A DNA stretch of 64,000 nucleotides from Coriobacteriaceae bacterium (GCA_025757745.1 CP107217.1:272626-336625), one strand, 5' to 3'. Shown: positions 19,865 to 32,798, counted from the stretch's first letter. Translations and numbers: made by a program. The notes: generated by a model not told the origin, from the sequence alone.

Positions 19865-20205
19865 GGGGCACCTCCAAATTGCGATCTTTGACAATCAAAT
19901 TTTACCATGCCGTCATGAGCGCCACCTCGAGCGGCGGTTTAGCATTTTGCTATCTAGCTGGATGCAGAAAATGCCGGGTTCCGGCCCTGCTAGATTTAAT
20001 TTGAGACATTTATGCAGATGCGAATTATTCAACTTTGCATAATCTTTGGGCGCGGCTTGCACTCCAGGGCATGTATATCGACTGAGGTAGCACGACCGCC
20101 CCGCTCGCTTGCCTCGCGCCGTGGTACGATTTTTGAGTTTGAAAGACCCGCCGCGTCCCGACTGCCCTTGCAGCTCGTTGCGCGGCCGCACGCAAAGGAG
20201 CCATC

Positions 20206-20526
20206 ATGGCCGGTATGAACATGCAGCAGATGATGAAGCAGGCCCGCAAGATGCAGGAGCAGCTTGCCGCCGCGCAGGAGAACCTCAAGTCCCAGACCGT
20301 CGACGCTTCTGCCGGCGGCGGCATGGTCAAGGTGACCGTTAACGGCGAGATGGAGCTCGTCAACCTCACTATTGATCCCGATGCGCTCGATCCCGAGGAC
20401 GTCGATATGCTGCAGGACATGATCATGGCTGCCGTCAACGAGGCCGTTCGCGGCGTCAACGAGCTCGCCAATAAGCAGATGGGCGCCATCACCGGCGGCC
20501 TCAACATCCCGGGCATGCCGTTCTAA
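20206..20526 (+). CDS. ybaB: YbaB/EbfC nucleoid-associated protein
   Basis: [45 protein letters not shown]. Confidence 0.95.
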   Translation: MAGMNMQQMMKQARKMQEQLAAAQENLKSQTVDASAGGGMVKVTVNGEMELVNLTIDPDALDPEDVDMLQDMIMAAVNEAVRGVNELANKQMGAITGGLNIPGMPF

Positions 20527-20539
20527 GACACGCATATAT

Positions 20540-21136
20540 ATGAGTGCGAATCACAGTCTGCAAAAACTGCTCGATGAGCTGGGCCGCCTGCCGGGCATTG
20601 GTCCCAAGTCGGCCCAGCGCATCGCCTATTACCTGCTCGAGGCCGATGCCGAGGAGGCCCGCCGCCTGGCCGAGGCCATCCTGGAGGTCAAGCAGGAGGT
20701 GCACTTTTGCAGCCGTTGCTTTAACTACGCCACGGCCGACGAGTGCTCCATCTGCCAGGACCCGATGCGCGATACCACCCGCATCTGCGTGGTTGGCGAG
20801 CCGCGCGACGTCCAGGCGATTGAGCGCACGGGCAGCTACCACGGCCTCTACCATGTGTTGGGCGGCGTGATCAGCCCCATGGACAAGATCGGTCCCGAGC
20901 AGCTGCATATCCGCGAGTTGCTGGCGCGCCTGGGCCATGAGGATATCCACGAGGTCATTATCGCCACCAACCCCAATATCGAGGGCGAGACCACGGCGAG
21001 CTACCTTGCTCGCGCCATCAAGCCACTGGGCGTCGAGGTGTCGCGTCTGGCGAGCGGCCTGCCCGTGGGTGGCGACCTGGAGTATGCCGACGAGCTCACG
21101 CTCGGCCGCGCTATCGAGGCCCGCCGCGCGATCTAG
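20540..21136 (+). CDS. recR: Recombination mediator RecR
   Basis: [11 protein letters not shown]hH, C4 Zn finger, Toprim [22 protein letters not shown]. Confidence 0.97.
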   Translation: MSANHSLQKLLDELGRLPGIGPKSAQRIAYYLLEADAEEARRLAEAILEVKQEVHFCSRCFNYATADECSICQDPMRDTTRICVVGEPRDVQAIERTGSYHGLYHVLGGVISPMDKIGPEQLHIRELLARLGHEDIHEVIIATNPNIEGETTASYLARAIKPLGVEVSRLASGLPVGGDLEYADELTLGRAIEARRAI

Positions 21137-21210
21137 GATCTAGATATCGGCCCATCGACCTCGCGTTTCCCTGCGCGTTGCACGCAGTTGCCATAATTGG
21201 CCCCATGTTT

Positions 21211-21236
21211 GTGCATTTGTTGTGCAACAAATGCAC
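21211..21236. promoter_or_regulatory. Perfect 12-2-12 palindrome, candidate operator
   Basis: GTGCATTTGTTG-TG-CAACAAATGCAC upstream of the secreted protein/kinase/FHA operon. Confidence 0.5.
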
Positions 21237-21385
21237 TTTCCATCCGCTTATCGCGTGGATGCCCCTGTTCGTGTCCCGTATTTGCGCGTTCGTTGCGCAA
21301 CCTTTTGTGTTCGCTGATACACTCAACTATGGGTTTGAATGAATGCGCCGCTTTCGAGCGGCGTGTTTTTGTTGGAGGAGATTGC

Positions 21386-22291
21386 ATGCGGCCCGGGGGC
21401 ACTCAGACAAAGCATGGCGCCGCGGTGCGTATGCGGCGCCGGTTGGGCCTGGCGCCTCGGGCGTGTGTGCTGCTGTCCTGTTCGCTGGCGCTGGTCGTTG
21501 CCGGCGTTTCTGCCTACGGTTTGGCTGTGCCACCTATGGTGCAAGCGCGTACCGCGCGCGAGCTGCGCGTGGGGCACAAGGCCAAAAGCGATTTGGGCAC
21601 CACAACCGGATACGCCTGGGCGAGCGTAGTCACGCACGTCGTTTTTGGTGTCGACGACGCGGGCAGCGCCGAGGCGCCGGACAACGAAATCGCGCTTGCC
21701 AACGGCAAGACCATCGTGCTCACCAATACCAAGATCATCCATCACCTTTCCGATAACAGTGTTTCGGCCGTCGTAAACAAGGCCGAGCAGCAAAAGGGCC
21801 AGGATACTCAGCAGTTGGGGAAACCTGGCGGCTCCGGTTCGTCTGGTTCCAGCTCCGATTCGTCGAACTCGAGCGGTGGCTCCGGTTCGGGCTCCGCCTC
21901 CGGCGGGTCCGGGAGCAACAGCTCGGCGGGCAGCAGCACCGGTGGCAATACAAACTCCAGCGGCCTTTCGGCTGCCGAGGAGGAAAGCATACACAGCTGG
22001 CTCGTGACCAAATACAACATGCTCGACGGTTATGTCTCTCGGGCCAATAGCGCGGTCTCGACCTATAACGCAACAGGCGATACCGGGCCGTGCGATAATC
22101 TGGCCAACGATATGTTTGTCATCCGTGCCGAGTTTGGCCGGCAAACGTTTTCTCCCCAGTCAAAGTGGTATCGGCAGTATGCCAACCTATGGGGCTGCTA
22201 CACCAACCTGTGCCAATGGGTGGGGCATTACGGCGATGACAACGTCGCGCTCAACAACTTCAATACCAATGTGGCGGCGATCGCCCTATGA
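21386..22291 (+). CDS. Hypothetical exported or membrane-anchored protein with Gly/Ser linker
   Basis: GGAGGAG RBS before ATG 21386; hydrophobic N-terminal helix, GS-rich linker, helical C-terminal domain; ATGA overlap with the kinase gene. Confidence 0.7.
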   Translation: MRPGGTQTKHGAAVRMRRRLGLAPRACVLLSCSLALVVAGVSAYGLAVPPMVQARTARELRVGHKAKSDLGTTTGYAWASVVTHVVFGVDDAGSAEAPDNEIALANGKTIVLTNTKIIHHLSDNSVSAVVNKAEQQKGQDTQQLGKPGGSGSSGSSSDSSNSSGGSGSGSASGGSGSNSSAGSSTGGNTNSSGLSAAEEESIHSWLVTKYNMLDGYVSRANSAVSTYNATGDTGPCDNLANDMFVIRAEFGRQTFSPQSKWYRQYANLWGCYTNLCQWVGHYGDDNVALNNFNTNVAAIAL

Positions 22292-24132
22292 CGAACGACC
22301 TCGCTTCTGCGGCAGCCCAGTCGCTCAACCGTGATCTCATGGTGGGCCTGCGCCTGGCGCGCGTTGGAGGGTTTGAGCCTGCTATTGCGCTGAGCCCGGA
22401 TGAGCTGTCCGTCTACCAGCGTCGATTTGCGATGCTGTTTGCCGATGACGCCACCATGCGCCGTGGCGGCATCGGCCGCGTGACGCGTGCCGTCAATGCC
22501 CAGGGCGAGGCCGTGGCACTCAAGCAGCTCATCTTGCCGACGCGCGACGAGTTCGATGACGACGCCGCTTATGAGGCGCTGGTCGCTAAGTTTAAGGCGG
22601 CGTTTCGCGAGGAATACGAATGCCATCGCGCCCTTTCGGGCCTTAAAGGCTTTCCCCACCTGTATGGATGGGGCGAGGTCGACGGTGTGCCTGCGATTGT
22701 CATGGAATGGGTCGAGGGCGAGACGCTCGCTCGCCTGCGCTCGCGCCTTGCCGTGGACGATGCCGGTCGCCTGTCGCCGCTCGTGGCGGCGCGCCTTGGC
22801 CGCGACCTGTTCGACCTGCTCTGCCGCATGAGCTTGGTGGGGGAGGGCTTTGTCCATCGCGATATCTCGCCGGCCAATATTATGGTTCGCACGGCGCGTC
22901 TGCCGCTCGACCGACAACTTGCCGAGGGCACGTTCGATTTGTGCCTCATCGACTTTGGCTCGTCGTTGGCGCTCGAGCCCGCCTCTGCGGTGACGGGAAC
23001 CGGCGGCAAGGAGTCCTTTACAGAGCGCTACGCCACGTTGCGCCGCGCGACGGTTGCCTACGCTCCGCCCGAGATGCTCACCGACGATATTGCCGACCTG
23101 CGCGTTTTGCGCATGTCGCCGGCAATCGACGTGTATGCCGCGGCGAGCACGGTCTATGAGCTCATCGCCGGCGTCGCACCGTACGAGGTGGCGCCGAGCA
23201 CTTCGGGCACCTCGGGTTCGCGCAAAAAGACGCGCGATATTGCCAGTCCCTATCGTCTCAAGATGGATACGCGCCCCGACTATCCCGCTGGCGCCCATGC
23301 GCCCGGTTGCGACCTAACCCAGCTGCTCCGGCGTGAGCCCGATGTGGCGCTCGCCGCCGCCGAGCAGGCACAGCAGATGGGGCTCGAGCCGGACTCCGAG
23401 GAGCTGCGCGACGCGCTGTCATTTGTCGATGCCCAGTTGTTCGACGTGGTCATGGCCTGCCTGTCGTGTAATCAGGGCGATCGTCCCGGGCCCGCCGCGG
23501 TGGAGGCGGCGCTTACGACGTTTTGCGACCACTACGCGCAAAACGTCGGCCGCTCGCTCCGCGGCGAGCCGCTCACGCCCTGTCCCATGGACGCGTCCGG
23601 TCGCGTGGTCCGTCGAGCTGCGATGATCGGCGCTGCGGCTGTCTGCGGCCTCGTATGGGCCGTTGTGGTGGTGTCGGCGGCACTGCTGGCGTCTGGTGCT
23701 CGTGCGACGGTTGCCGTGGGGTGCATTTCGTGGTCCGGTACGCTGCCGGGTATCGTTGCCGCGCTCGCGCTGGCGCTGCCGGGCATGGCGGGTATTGCCG
23801 CCGGCGCCGTGGCGCACGATCGTCGCACGGGGTTCCTGCATGGCGTACTGGCGCTTTCTGCCTGCGAGGTTCCGGTGCTGATCGCGGTTGCATGCACCGT
23901 GTTTTCCCAGCGCGCCGTAGCGAGCGGCTTCGTTGCCGCCTTAATTGCAACATACGCGCTCGTATGGTTTTTGCTGTCGATGGGTTTTGCCTTTGAGCTT
24001 CCCGTCGCGGCGCCGCGGCGCGCAAAAACCCGGACGGCGACGCCGCTTGCCGGTGGTGCCGCGGCGGTTCGCGCCTTTGTCGAGGCGACCGAGACGTCGT
24101 CCGATACGAGTTCAACGACCAAGGAGGTCTAG
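22288..24132 (+). CDS. Ser/Thr protein kinase with four C-terminal TM helices
   Basis: RGGIGRV, VALK, VHRDISPANIMV, IDFG, YAPPE, IDVYA. Confidence 0.85.
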   Translation: MTNDLASAAAQSLNRDLMVGLRLARVGGFEPAIALSPDELSVYQRRFAMLFADDATMRRGGIGRVTRAVNAQGEAVALKQLILPTRDEFDDDAAYEALVAKFKAAFREEYECHRALSGLKGFPHLYGWGEVDGVPAIVMEWVEGETLARLRSRLAVDDAGRLSPLVAARLGRDLFDLLCRMSLVGEGFVHRDISPANIMVRTARLPLDRQLAEGTFDLCLIDFGSSLALEPASAVTGTGGKESFTERYATLRRATVAYAPPEMLTDDIADLRVLRMSPAIDVYAAASTVYELIAGVAPYEVAPSTSGTSGSRKKTRDIASPYRLKMDTRPDYPAGAHAPGCDLTQLLRREPDVALAAAEQAQQMGLEPDSEELRDALSFVDAQLFDVVMACLSCNQGDRPGPAAVEAALTTFCDHYAQNVGRSLRGEPLTPCPMDASGRVVRRAAMIGAAAVCGLVWAVVVVSAALLASGARATVAVGCISWSGTLPGIVAALALALPGMAGIAAGAVAHDRRTGFLHGVLALSACEVPVLIAVACTVFSQRAVASGFVAALIATYALVWFLLSMGFAFELPVAAPRRAKTRTATPLAGGAAAVRAFVEATETSSDTSSTTKEV

Positions 24133-24135
24133 GCC

Positions 24136-25074
24136 ATGGCATCTCAAATCAAGCTCACCCCGTGCGGAGCCATGTTCGACATCTTTAAACGCGCAGCGCA
24201 CCTGAGCCATATCGAGCTGTGTGGCATGGTGCTTTCGAGCCGTCCGCTGGCCGATGGCCGCAGCCCCCAGAGCCGCGCCGCCGATCGCTCCTGGGTCTCG
24301 CGCTTTATCGTGCGCGCTCCGGTCGGCACGCTGCAGGAGCGCTATTTTGCCGATTACGGCACCTCGGCCGCGCGCATCATGTCGCATCTGGCCCTGCGTC
24401 GCCGCAATCCCATGAATGCCACGGCGGTGACCAACATGGTGTGCGGGCCCGCTGGCGAGCCCATGGTGCGGGCGCTCGAGGAATGCCATCAGGATACGAA
24501 CCTCTACCGTAATGCGGCCGAGCGTCTGTCGCAGGCGGCGGAGCTTATGCCCGCCGAGCGTGCCGAGGCCGTGCTGGTGCTGTTTGTCGCCGTCGGCTGC
24601 TCGGCAGATGTTCGATCCTCGGTGACCTATGCCATCGACTATGCGCACGCGACTTGCGGCGGTGCCACATCGACCCCGCGCTCGCTGAGCACCTCGACGG
24701 TCACGGGCGAGCGCGAGACGGCGCCTGCGCATCCGCTGGGTCTGCTTCGCGTGCAAGACGGTTACGTGGTAAGTGCCCCGCGCTGGATTCAGCCGAGCGA
24801 GCAGGGCGTGGAGATCGGCGCGCTGGCGACGGGGGAAGGCGATATCACCGATGTGGGCGATGACGTTTCGGCTCGCCATGCCCACGTGTGGTGCGATGAC
24901 CAAAATGCCTGGTACGTCGAGGACCTGTCGTCCACCAACGGAACCGTGGTGGTAAACGGCGCGACGAACGTCTGCACTCAGGTCGAGCCCGGCCGCTGCG
25001 CCCAGCTCAACCCCGGGGACGAACTCAGGCTCGGCGAATCCACCACCTACGCCATCCTCCTCGGCGCTCTCTAA
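24136..25074 (+). CDS. FHA-domain protein with uncharacterised N-terminal domain
   Basis: C-terminal VSARHA..LSSTNGT..GDELRLG; AAGGAGG RBS. Confidence 0.8.
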   Translation: MASQIKLTPCGAMFDIFKRAAHLSHIELCGMVLSSRPLADGRSPQSRAADRSWVSRFIVRAPVGTLQERYFADYGTSAARIMSHLALRRRNPMNATAVTNMVCGPAGEPMVRALEECHQDTNLYRNAAERLSQAAELMPAERAEAVLVLFVAVGCSADVRSSVTYAIDYAHATCGGATSTPRSLSTSTVTGERETAPAHPLGLLRVQDGYVVSAPRWIQPSEQGVEIGALATGEGDITDVGDDVSARHAHVWCDDQNAWYVEDLSSTNGTVVVNGATNVCTQVEPGRCAQLNPGDELRLGESTTYAILLGAL

Positions 25075-25089
25075 CTCATCTCCTAAATA

Positions 25090-25296
25090 AGTTGCGGTGA
25101 AATAGGGACTGTTTAAGGCCGCGACCGGCAAAAACAGTCCCCATTTCACCGCAACTGCCGTGTGGTCGGCGATAGAGAAACGAGAGTGGATTTCCGGACG
25201 CACGAGAGAGGATTTTCGGACGCACAACCCATGAGAGTGGATAATCTCCCACTTTTGGTCAAGATACAGGCAAAAAGTGGGAGATTATCCACTCTC
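25090..25296. repeat. Cluster of two long inverted repeats and a 22-bp tandem duplication
   Basis: 25-bp arms 25090-25114/25132-25156 (1 mismatch); 22-bp near-tandem 25181-25224; perfect 24-bp arms 25233-25256/25273-25296. Confidence 0.85.
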
Positions 25297-25694
25297 GATG
25301 CAGGCTGCGACTTTTCCGTCCGAGGGGCCATCTCGCCCCTTGGCAGTCACCTAAGGTAAACCTTTACCGCCCACCTATATTTGTCGAAATATGGCTTGGC
25401 GGCGGGGTACAATAAGCCCACATGCGGATTTCCGTTGCGGGCGCTTCCCATCGCCGGGGCGTGCCCGGGAGCATCCGGCATGCGGCCTTTGCGGCGCTCG
25501 GTCATGTGCAAGACGGGCGGTCGGGTCTGTGGGGCGCATCAGTTGCCCCTCGCCTCGGCATGTCTTCTCTCCACGCCACGTACCTGCTGCTGAGCCTGCC
25601 TGCCAGATGATTGGAAGCAACAGCGTAAATCCCATCACGCCAATATCCCGGCAATCGCCGGGGCCTGTATACCTATATGAGAGGAGAGGGGTAT

Positions 25695-29234
<3,540 letters not shown>

Positions 29235-29244
29235 GTCTCCCACC

Positions 29245-29369
29245 GCAGGATCTGAGGGCTGACCTTCGCGGACGTCCTCGGACATGAAAGAACCCCCGCT
29301 GCGCACTACGTGCGGCGGGGGTTCTTTCGTCCTGCGGAGTGTCCGCGAAGGTCAGCCCTCAGATCCTGC
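29245..29369. repeat. Perfect 29-bp inverted repeat enclosing the nifJ terminator
   Basis: GCAGGATCTGAGGGCTGACCTTCGCGGAC at 29245-29273; reverse complement at 29341-29369. Confidence 0.9.
29286..29328. terminator. Intrinsic terminator after nifJ, possibly bidirectional
   Basis: GAAAGAACCCCCGCTGCGCAC-TAC-GTGCGGCGGGGGTTCTTTC. Confidence 0.75.
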
Positions 29370-29436
29370 TACGACTACGTCCTCGGATTGTGGGGCTGAA
29401 TGAAGGACGTGGCTGTGGGGGTGCCTTGTCCCGGTC

Positions 29437-29645
29437 GCTGTTTCGCGGCGTGGCCGCGAAACCACGCGCCACTTTGGGCATGGAGGGCTAGCTGATTGTG
29501 GCCTTCTGCTGCCCCAGTGCTGTTTCGCGCTTTGCGCGAAACATCGCAGCACTTTGGGCATAGTGGGGGAGTTGGTTGTCGCTGCCTTCTATCCCCTTGC
29601 TGTTTCGCGCCTTTGGCGCGAAAGGCGCAGTACTTTGGGCGTGGG
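29437..29645. repeat. Three degenerate ~81-bp tandem repeats, each with a hairpin
   Basis: GCTGTTTCGCG-loop-CGCGAAA..ACTTTGGGC starting at 29437, 29519 and 29599. Confidence 0.85.
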
Positions 29646-29669
29646 GGCTGGCTTGCGGACTCAGATGAC

Positions 29670-31031
29670 CTAGAGAGATATGGGTGCAAACGAGAAATCG
29701 TTGTTGGGGTCGTCCTTTTCCATAAACTCATCGAGACAGAATGTCATATAGATTGGAACGTACAGGATCTTGCCCTCTTTGCAAAGGTTTTCGTGGCTCA
29801 GCACAACGGCCTCGGGAATTTTGTACTCGCCCACACTCATCAAACGGTCGAGGGCTGCATGTGCTCGAACTTTCTTGCCCGATTTGACCTCGATCGGGAT
29901 AACGTGTCCGTGGGCGCCTTCGACCACAAAGTCAACTTCACCGACTTCGCGTGTCTGGTAGTACCACGCATCCGCCCCGAGAGCAACAAGCTCCTGCGCG
30001 ACCACGTTCTCATAGAGACCGCCGAGGTTGGGGGTTTTCATATCTAGATATACAGCGCGTGCCGTGCTGCCGGGATACCGCGATGCGAGCATACCCGTAT
30101 CGGACTCGTAAAGTTTAAAGGCCGTCGCTTTCTCCGTCCTCTTGAGAGGACTTCGTGCCTCCGTCACCTGGGGGACCATCAATCCAACGCCCGCGTTCAC
30201 CAGCCATAGGAAATCCTGCTCGTATTTTTGAAGGCGAGCCCCCTCGCCCAGGGATGAAACAACAAAGCGATGGGACTCCGCCTCAAGCTGAACGGGAATT
30301 TGTTCGAAAATCGCGCGAACGTTAAACGCTCGAGTCGATGCATATTTAGAGATATCACTTTTGTACTGATCGACCAGCTGAATTTGAAGCTCACGCGTCC
30401 TCACGAGTGAATAACCCGAATCGATATAGTTCTGTACGACCTCCGGCATGCCGCCGCAAACGATATAAGCTCTAAAGTTTTTGAGCATCGCCTCATGAAT
30501 ATAGTTTTCGACGGAACGCCTCTCGACAAGGCAGCTGCGGATGTCTGCAAGCACATTCTCGCTGATGCTGTTTGCCCAACAAAACTCTTCAAAATCCATT
30601 GGCCGCATAACAATGTGCTCGACATACCCCACCGGGAAAGAAGAGATCCCCTTAAACTCAGTCCCAAGCATAGACCCCGAGAAGACATAGCTAAAGCGCC
30701 CGTCCTCGACCAATGCCTTCATGAGCGTGACGATCTGCGGATGCTCCTGTATTTCATCGACAAAGATAAGCGTATCTCCCTCAACAAGCGGTGCATCCGC
30801 AAGAAGGGCCACGCGGTTGATAAAGTCAACGGCGTTCTTAGCGCCAATGAGCACATCTCTTGCCTCGGCATCGAGCAGCAAATTGGCCTCAAAATACGAC
30901 GCGTAGTTGTCTTTACCAAACGCGCGAATTGCATAGCTCTTGCCAATCTGACGCGCACCAGTAACAAGCAACGCTTTATTGGAGTTGTTCTTCCAGCTCA
31001 AAAGCCTGTCAGTGACCTTACGGCGTAGCAT
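29670..31031 (-). CDS. AAA+ ATPase with C-terminal PD-(D/E)XK-like domain (AAA_14 + DUF4143 type)
   Basis: Walker A GARQIGKS, Walker B IFVDEIQ, GGMPEVV, LYENVVAQEL, EVDFVV..PIEVKSG; lower GC than neighbours. Confidence 0.88.
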   Translation of the reverse strand: MLRRKVTDRLLSWKNNSNKALLVTGARQIGKSYAIRAFGKDNYASYFEANLLLDAEARDVLIGAKNAVDFINRVALLADAPLVEGDTLIFVDEIQEHPQIVTLMKALVEDGRFSYVFSGSMLGTEFKGISSFPVGYVEHIVMRPMDFEEFCWANSISENVLADIRSCLVERRSVENYIHEAMLKNFRAYIVCGGMPEVVQNYIDSGYSLVRTRELQIQLVDQYKSDISKYASTRAFNVRAIFEQIPVQLEAESHRFVVSSLGEGARLQKYEQDFLWLVNAGVGLMVPQVTEARSPLKRTEKATAFKLYESDTGMLASRYPGSTARAVYLDMKTPNLGGLYENVVAQELVALGADAWYYQTREVGEVDFVVEGAHGHVIPIEVKSGKKVRAHAALDRLMSVGEYKIPEAVVLSHENLCKEGKILYVPIYMTFCLDEFMEKDDPNNDFSFAPISL

Positions 31032-31045
31032 AAAACCCCTCAATG

Positions 31046-31131
31046 ACAAAAATTGGCAAATAGATTTGCCCCTAATCATACAAAAATTGGCAGATAGGAA
31101 TGACCCAAATCATACAAAAATTGGCAGATAG
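31046..31131. repeat. Three 18-bp direct repeats at exact 34-bp period upstream of the ATPase
   Basis: ACAAAAATTGGCA(A/G)ATAG at 31046, 31080 and 31114. Confidence 0.9.
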
Positions 31132-31690
31132 CAAAGATTCGCTTAGGTCCCAGAGCCATCGAGCCGGCGCGGTGCCATGCAAAAAGACTGGGGACGCCGC
31201 TGGTGTTCTCGATTGCCTGGGCGCGCAGGAGCGAGAGGGCGTCAACGGCGTTCATGCAGTATCCGACGGTAAAGTTCCATACTGCGAACTCACAATCGAT
31301 TGCCGCAAAGTGAAGCGCGTTCGGCTATCCCTTTTGTTGGATGAAAAGCCCCGTGTTATTGCAGGGGTGCATACTTGTCTTGCAAGTGCATAGAATCTCG
31401 TATAGTGCGAGTAAATAATTGCAGTGTCGGTTATGTGTTTAGCAAAGATATAGTTTGCATAATCCAGCCTAATCTCGGCTCTAATTAAATAAAGTCGCAT
31501 GTAGATGAAGTAAACATGTGTGAGCTGGGGTTCTGTACGCTGAGCGGATAAAAACGACCGTTCACCGTTCAACTGTTTTCAAAATGAATAAAATGAGCGA
31601 TAAAGAGAATATAAACCTTAATAAACTCGCGTATCGCACGGGCGCGGGTTATTAATGGGTTGTAGACCTTTTACAGAAAGGATTCCAGCA

Positions 31691-32653
31691 ATGTCTAAGC
31701 CTCTTGGCAAGCCCGATCGTATTGTCGTCGCCCTTGGCGGCAACGCCCTCGGCAAAAACCCCGTCGAGCAGATCGAGGCCGTGAGCAACACCGCCCACGC
31801 TCTCCTTGGTCTTATCGAGCAGGGTAACGAGATCATCATCACCCACGGCAACGGCCCGCAGGTCGGCATGATCCAGAACGCCTTCGCCGCCGCCCACGAC
31901 GCCATCGGCACCCCCGAGATGCCGCTGCCCGAGTGCGGCGCCATGTCCCAGGGCTACATCGGCTACCACCTGCAGCAGGGCATCGGCCGCGAGATGCACA
32001 AGCGCTACAAGCGCTGGCACGCCGCCACCGTCGTCACCCAGATCGAGTGCGACCCCGACGACCCCGCGTTCAAGAACCCGACCAAGCCGATCGGCCCCTT
32101 CTACACCGAGGAGCAGGCCAAGGAGTTCATGGCCGAGGACCCCTCCAAGGTCTTCGTCGAGGATTCCGGCCGCGGCTGGCGTCGCGTCGTCGCCTCCCCC
32201 GATCCCAAGAAGATCGTCGAGGCCGACTCCATCCTCAACCTGCTCGACAACGAGTTCATCGTCATCGCCTGCGGTGGCGGCGGCATCCCCGTCGTCCGCG
32301 ACTACGAGAACAAGGGCTGCTACAAGGGCGTTCCCGCCGTCATCGACAAGGACCTGGGCGGCGAGTTGCTGGCCGAGGACTGCGACGCCGACGTTCTGTT
32401 CCTGCTGACCGCCGTTGAGCATGTTGCCATCAACTTTGGCAAGCCCAACCAGGAGGAGCTCGAGGACCTCACCGCCGACGAGGCCGAGCGTCTGGCCGAC
32501 GAGGGTCAGTTCGGCAAGGGTTCCATGGAGCCCAAGGTCCGCGCCGCCATCAAGTTCGCCCGTTCCCGCAAGGGCCGCACCTGCATCATCGGCGCCCTGG
32601 ACAAGGCCGCCGAGACCATGGCCGGCCTCTCCGGTACCCGCATCCACGAGTAG
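31691..32653 (+). CDS. arcC: Carbamate kinase, copy 1
   Basis: VVALGGNAL, THGNGPQVG, PTKPIGPFY, GWRRVVASP, AVIDKD, GSMEPK. Confidence 0.96.
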   Translation: MSKPLGKPDRIVVALGGNALGKNPVEQIEAVSNTAHALLGLIEQGNEIIITHGNGPQVGMIQNAFAAAHDAIGTPEMPLPECGAMSQGYIGYHLQQGIGREMHKRYKRWHAATVVTQIECDPDDPAFKNPTKPIGPFYTEEQAKEFMAEDPSKVFVEDSGRGWRRVVASPDPKKIVEADSILNLLDNEFIVIACGGGGIPVVRDYENKGCYKGVPAVIDKDLGGELLAEDCDADVLFLLTAVEHVAINFGKPNQEELEDLTADEAERLADEGQFGKGSMEPKVRAAIKFARSRKGRTCIIGALDKAAETMAGLSGTRIHE

Positions 32654-32754
32654 TCCCTACTCCGTTGCATCTCTCGTGGGCGCCAGGCAAAGCGCCCACA
32701 GACTAGCCTCTCTTCACGAGCCCCGCAGTCCGCTCCGACTGCGGGGCTTTTGCT
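31709..32754 (+). repeat. Left copy of a ~1046-bp direct repeat (arcC plus downstream terminator)
   Basis: Matches 38838-39883 at constant offset 7129 with roughly 20 substitutions counted by eye. Confidence 0.95.
32719..32751 (+). terminator. Intrinsic terminator after arcC copy 1
   Basis: AGCCCCGCAGTC-CGCTCC-GACTGCGGGGCT-TTT. Confidence 0.85.
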
Positions 32755-32798
32755 GTTGAGTTGTGAGCATATGGGGAGGTAAACAAGATCAAATTTGA

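Noticed and set aside
29437..29645. CRISPR array
   Set aside because: Only three units, the repeats are degenerate, the linkers resemble one another, and there are no cas genes in the window.
31046..31131. Mini-CRISPR or plasmid iterons
   Set aside because: The 16-bp linkers are too short and partly conserved, and no cas or rep gene is nearby.
31440..31610. ArgR (ARG) boxes upstream of arcC1; also ATTGCATAATGCAAT at 44453
   Set aside because: Only half-sites or wrong spacing in AT-rich DNA, so not supportable.
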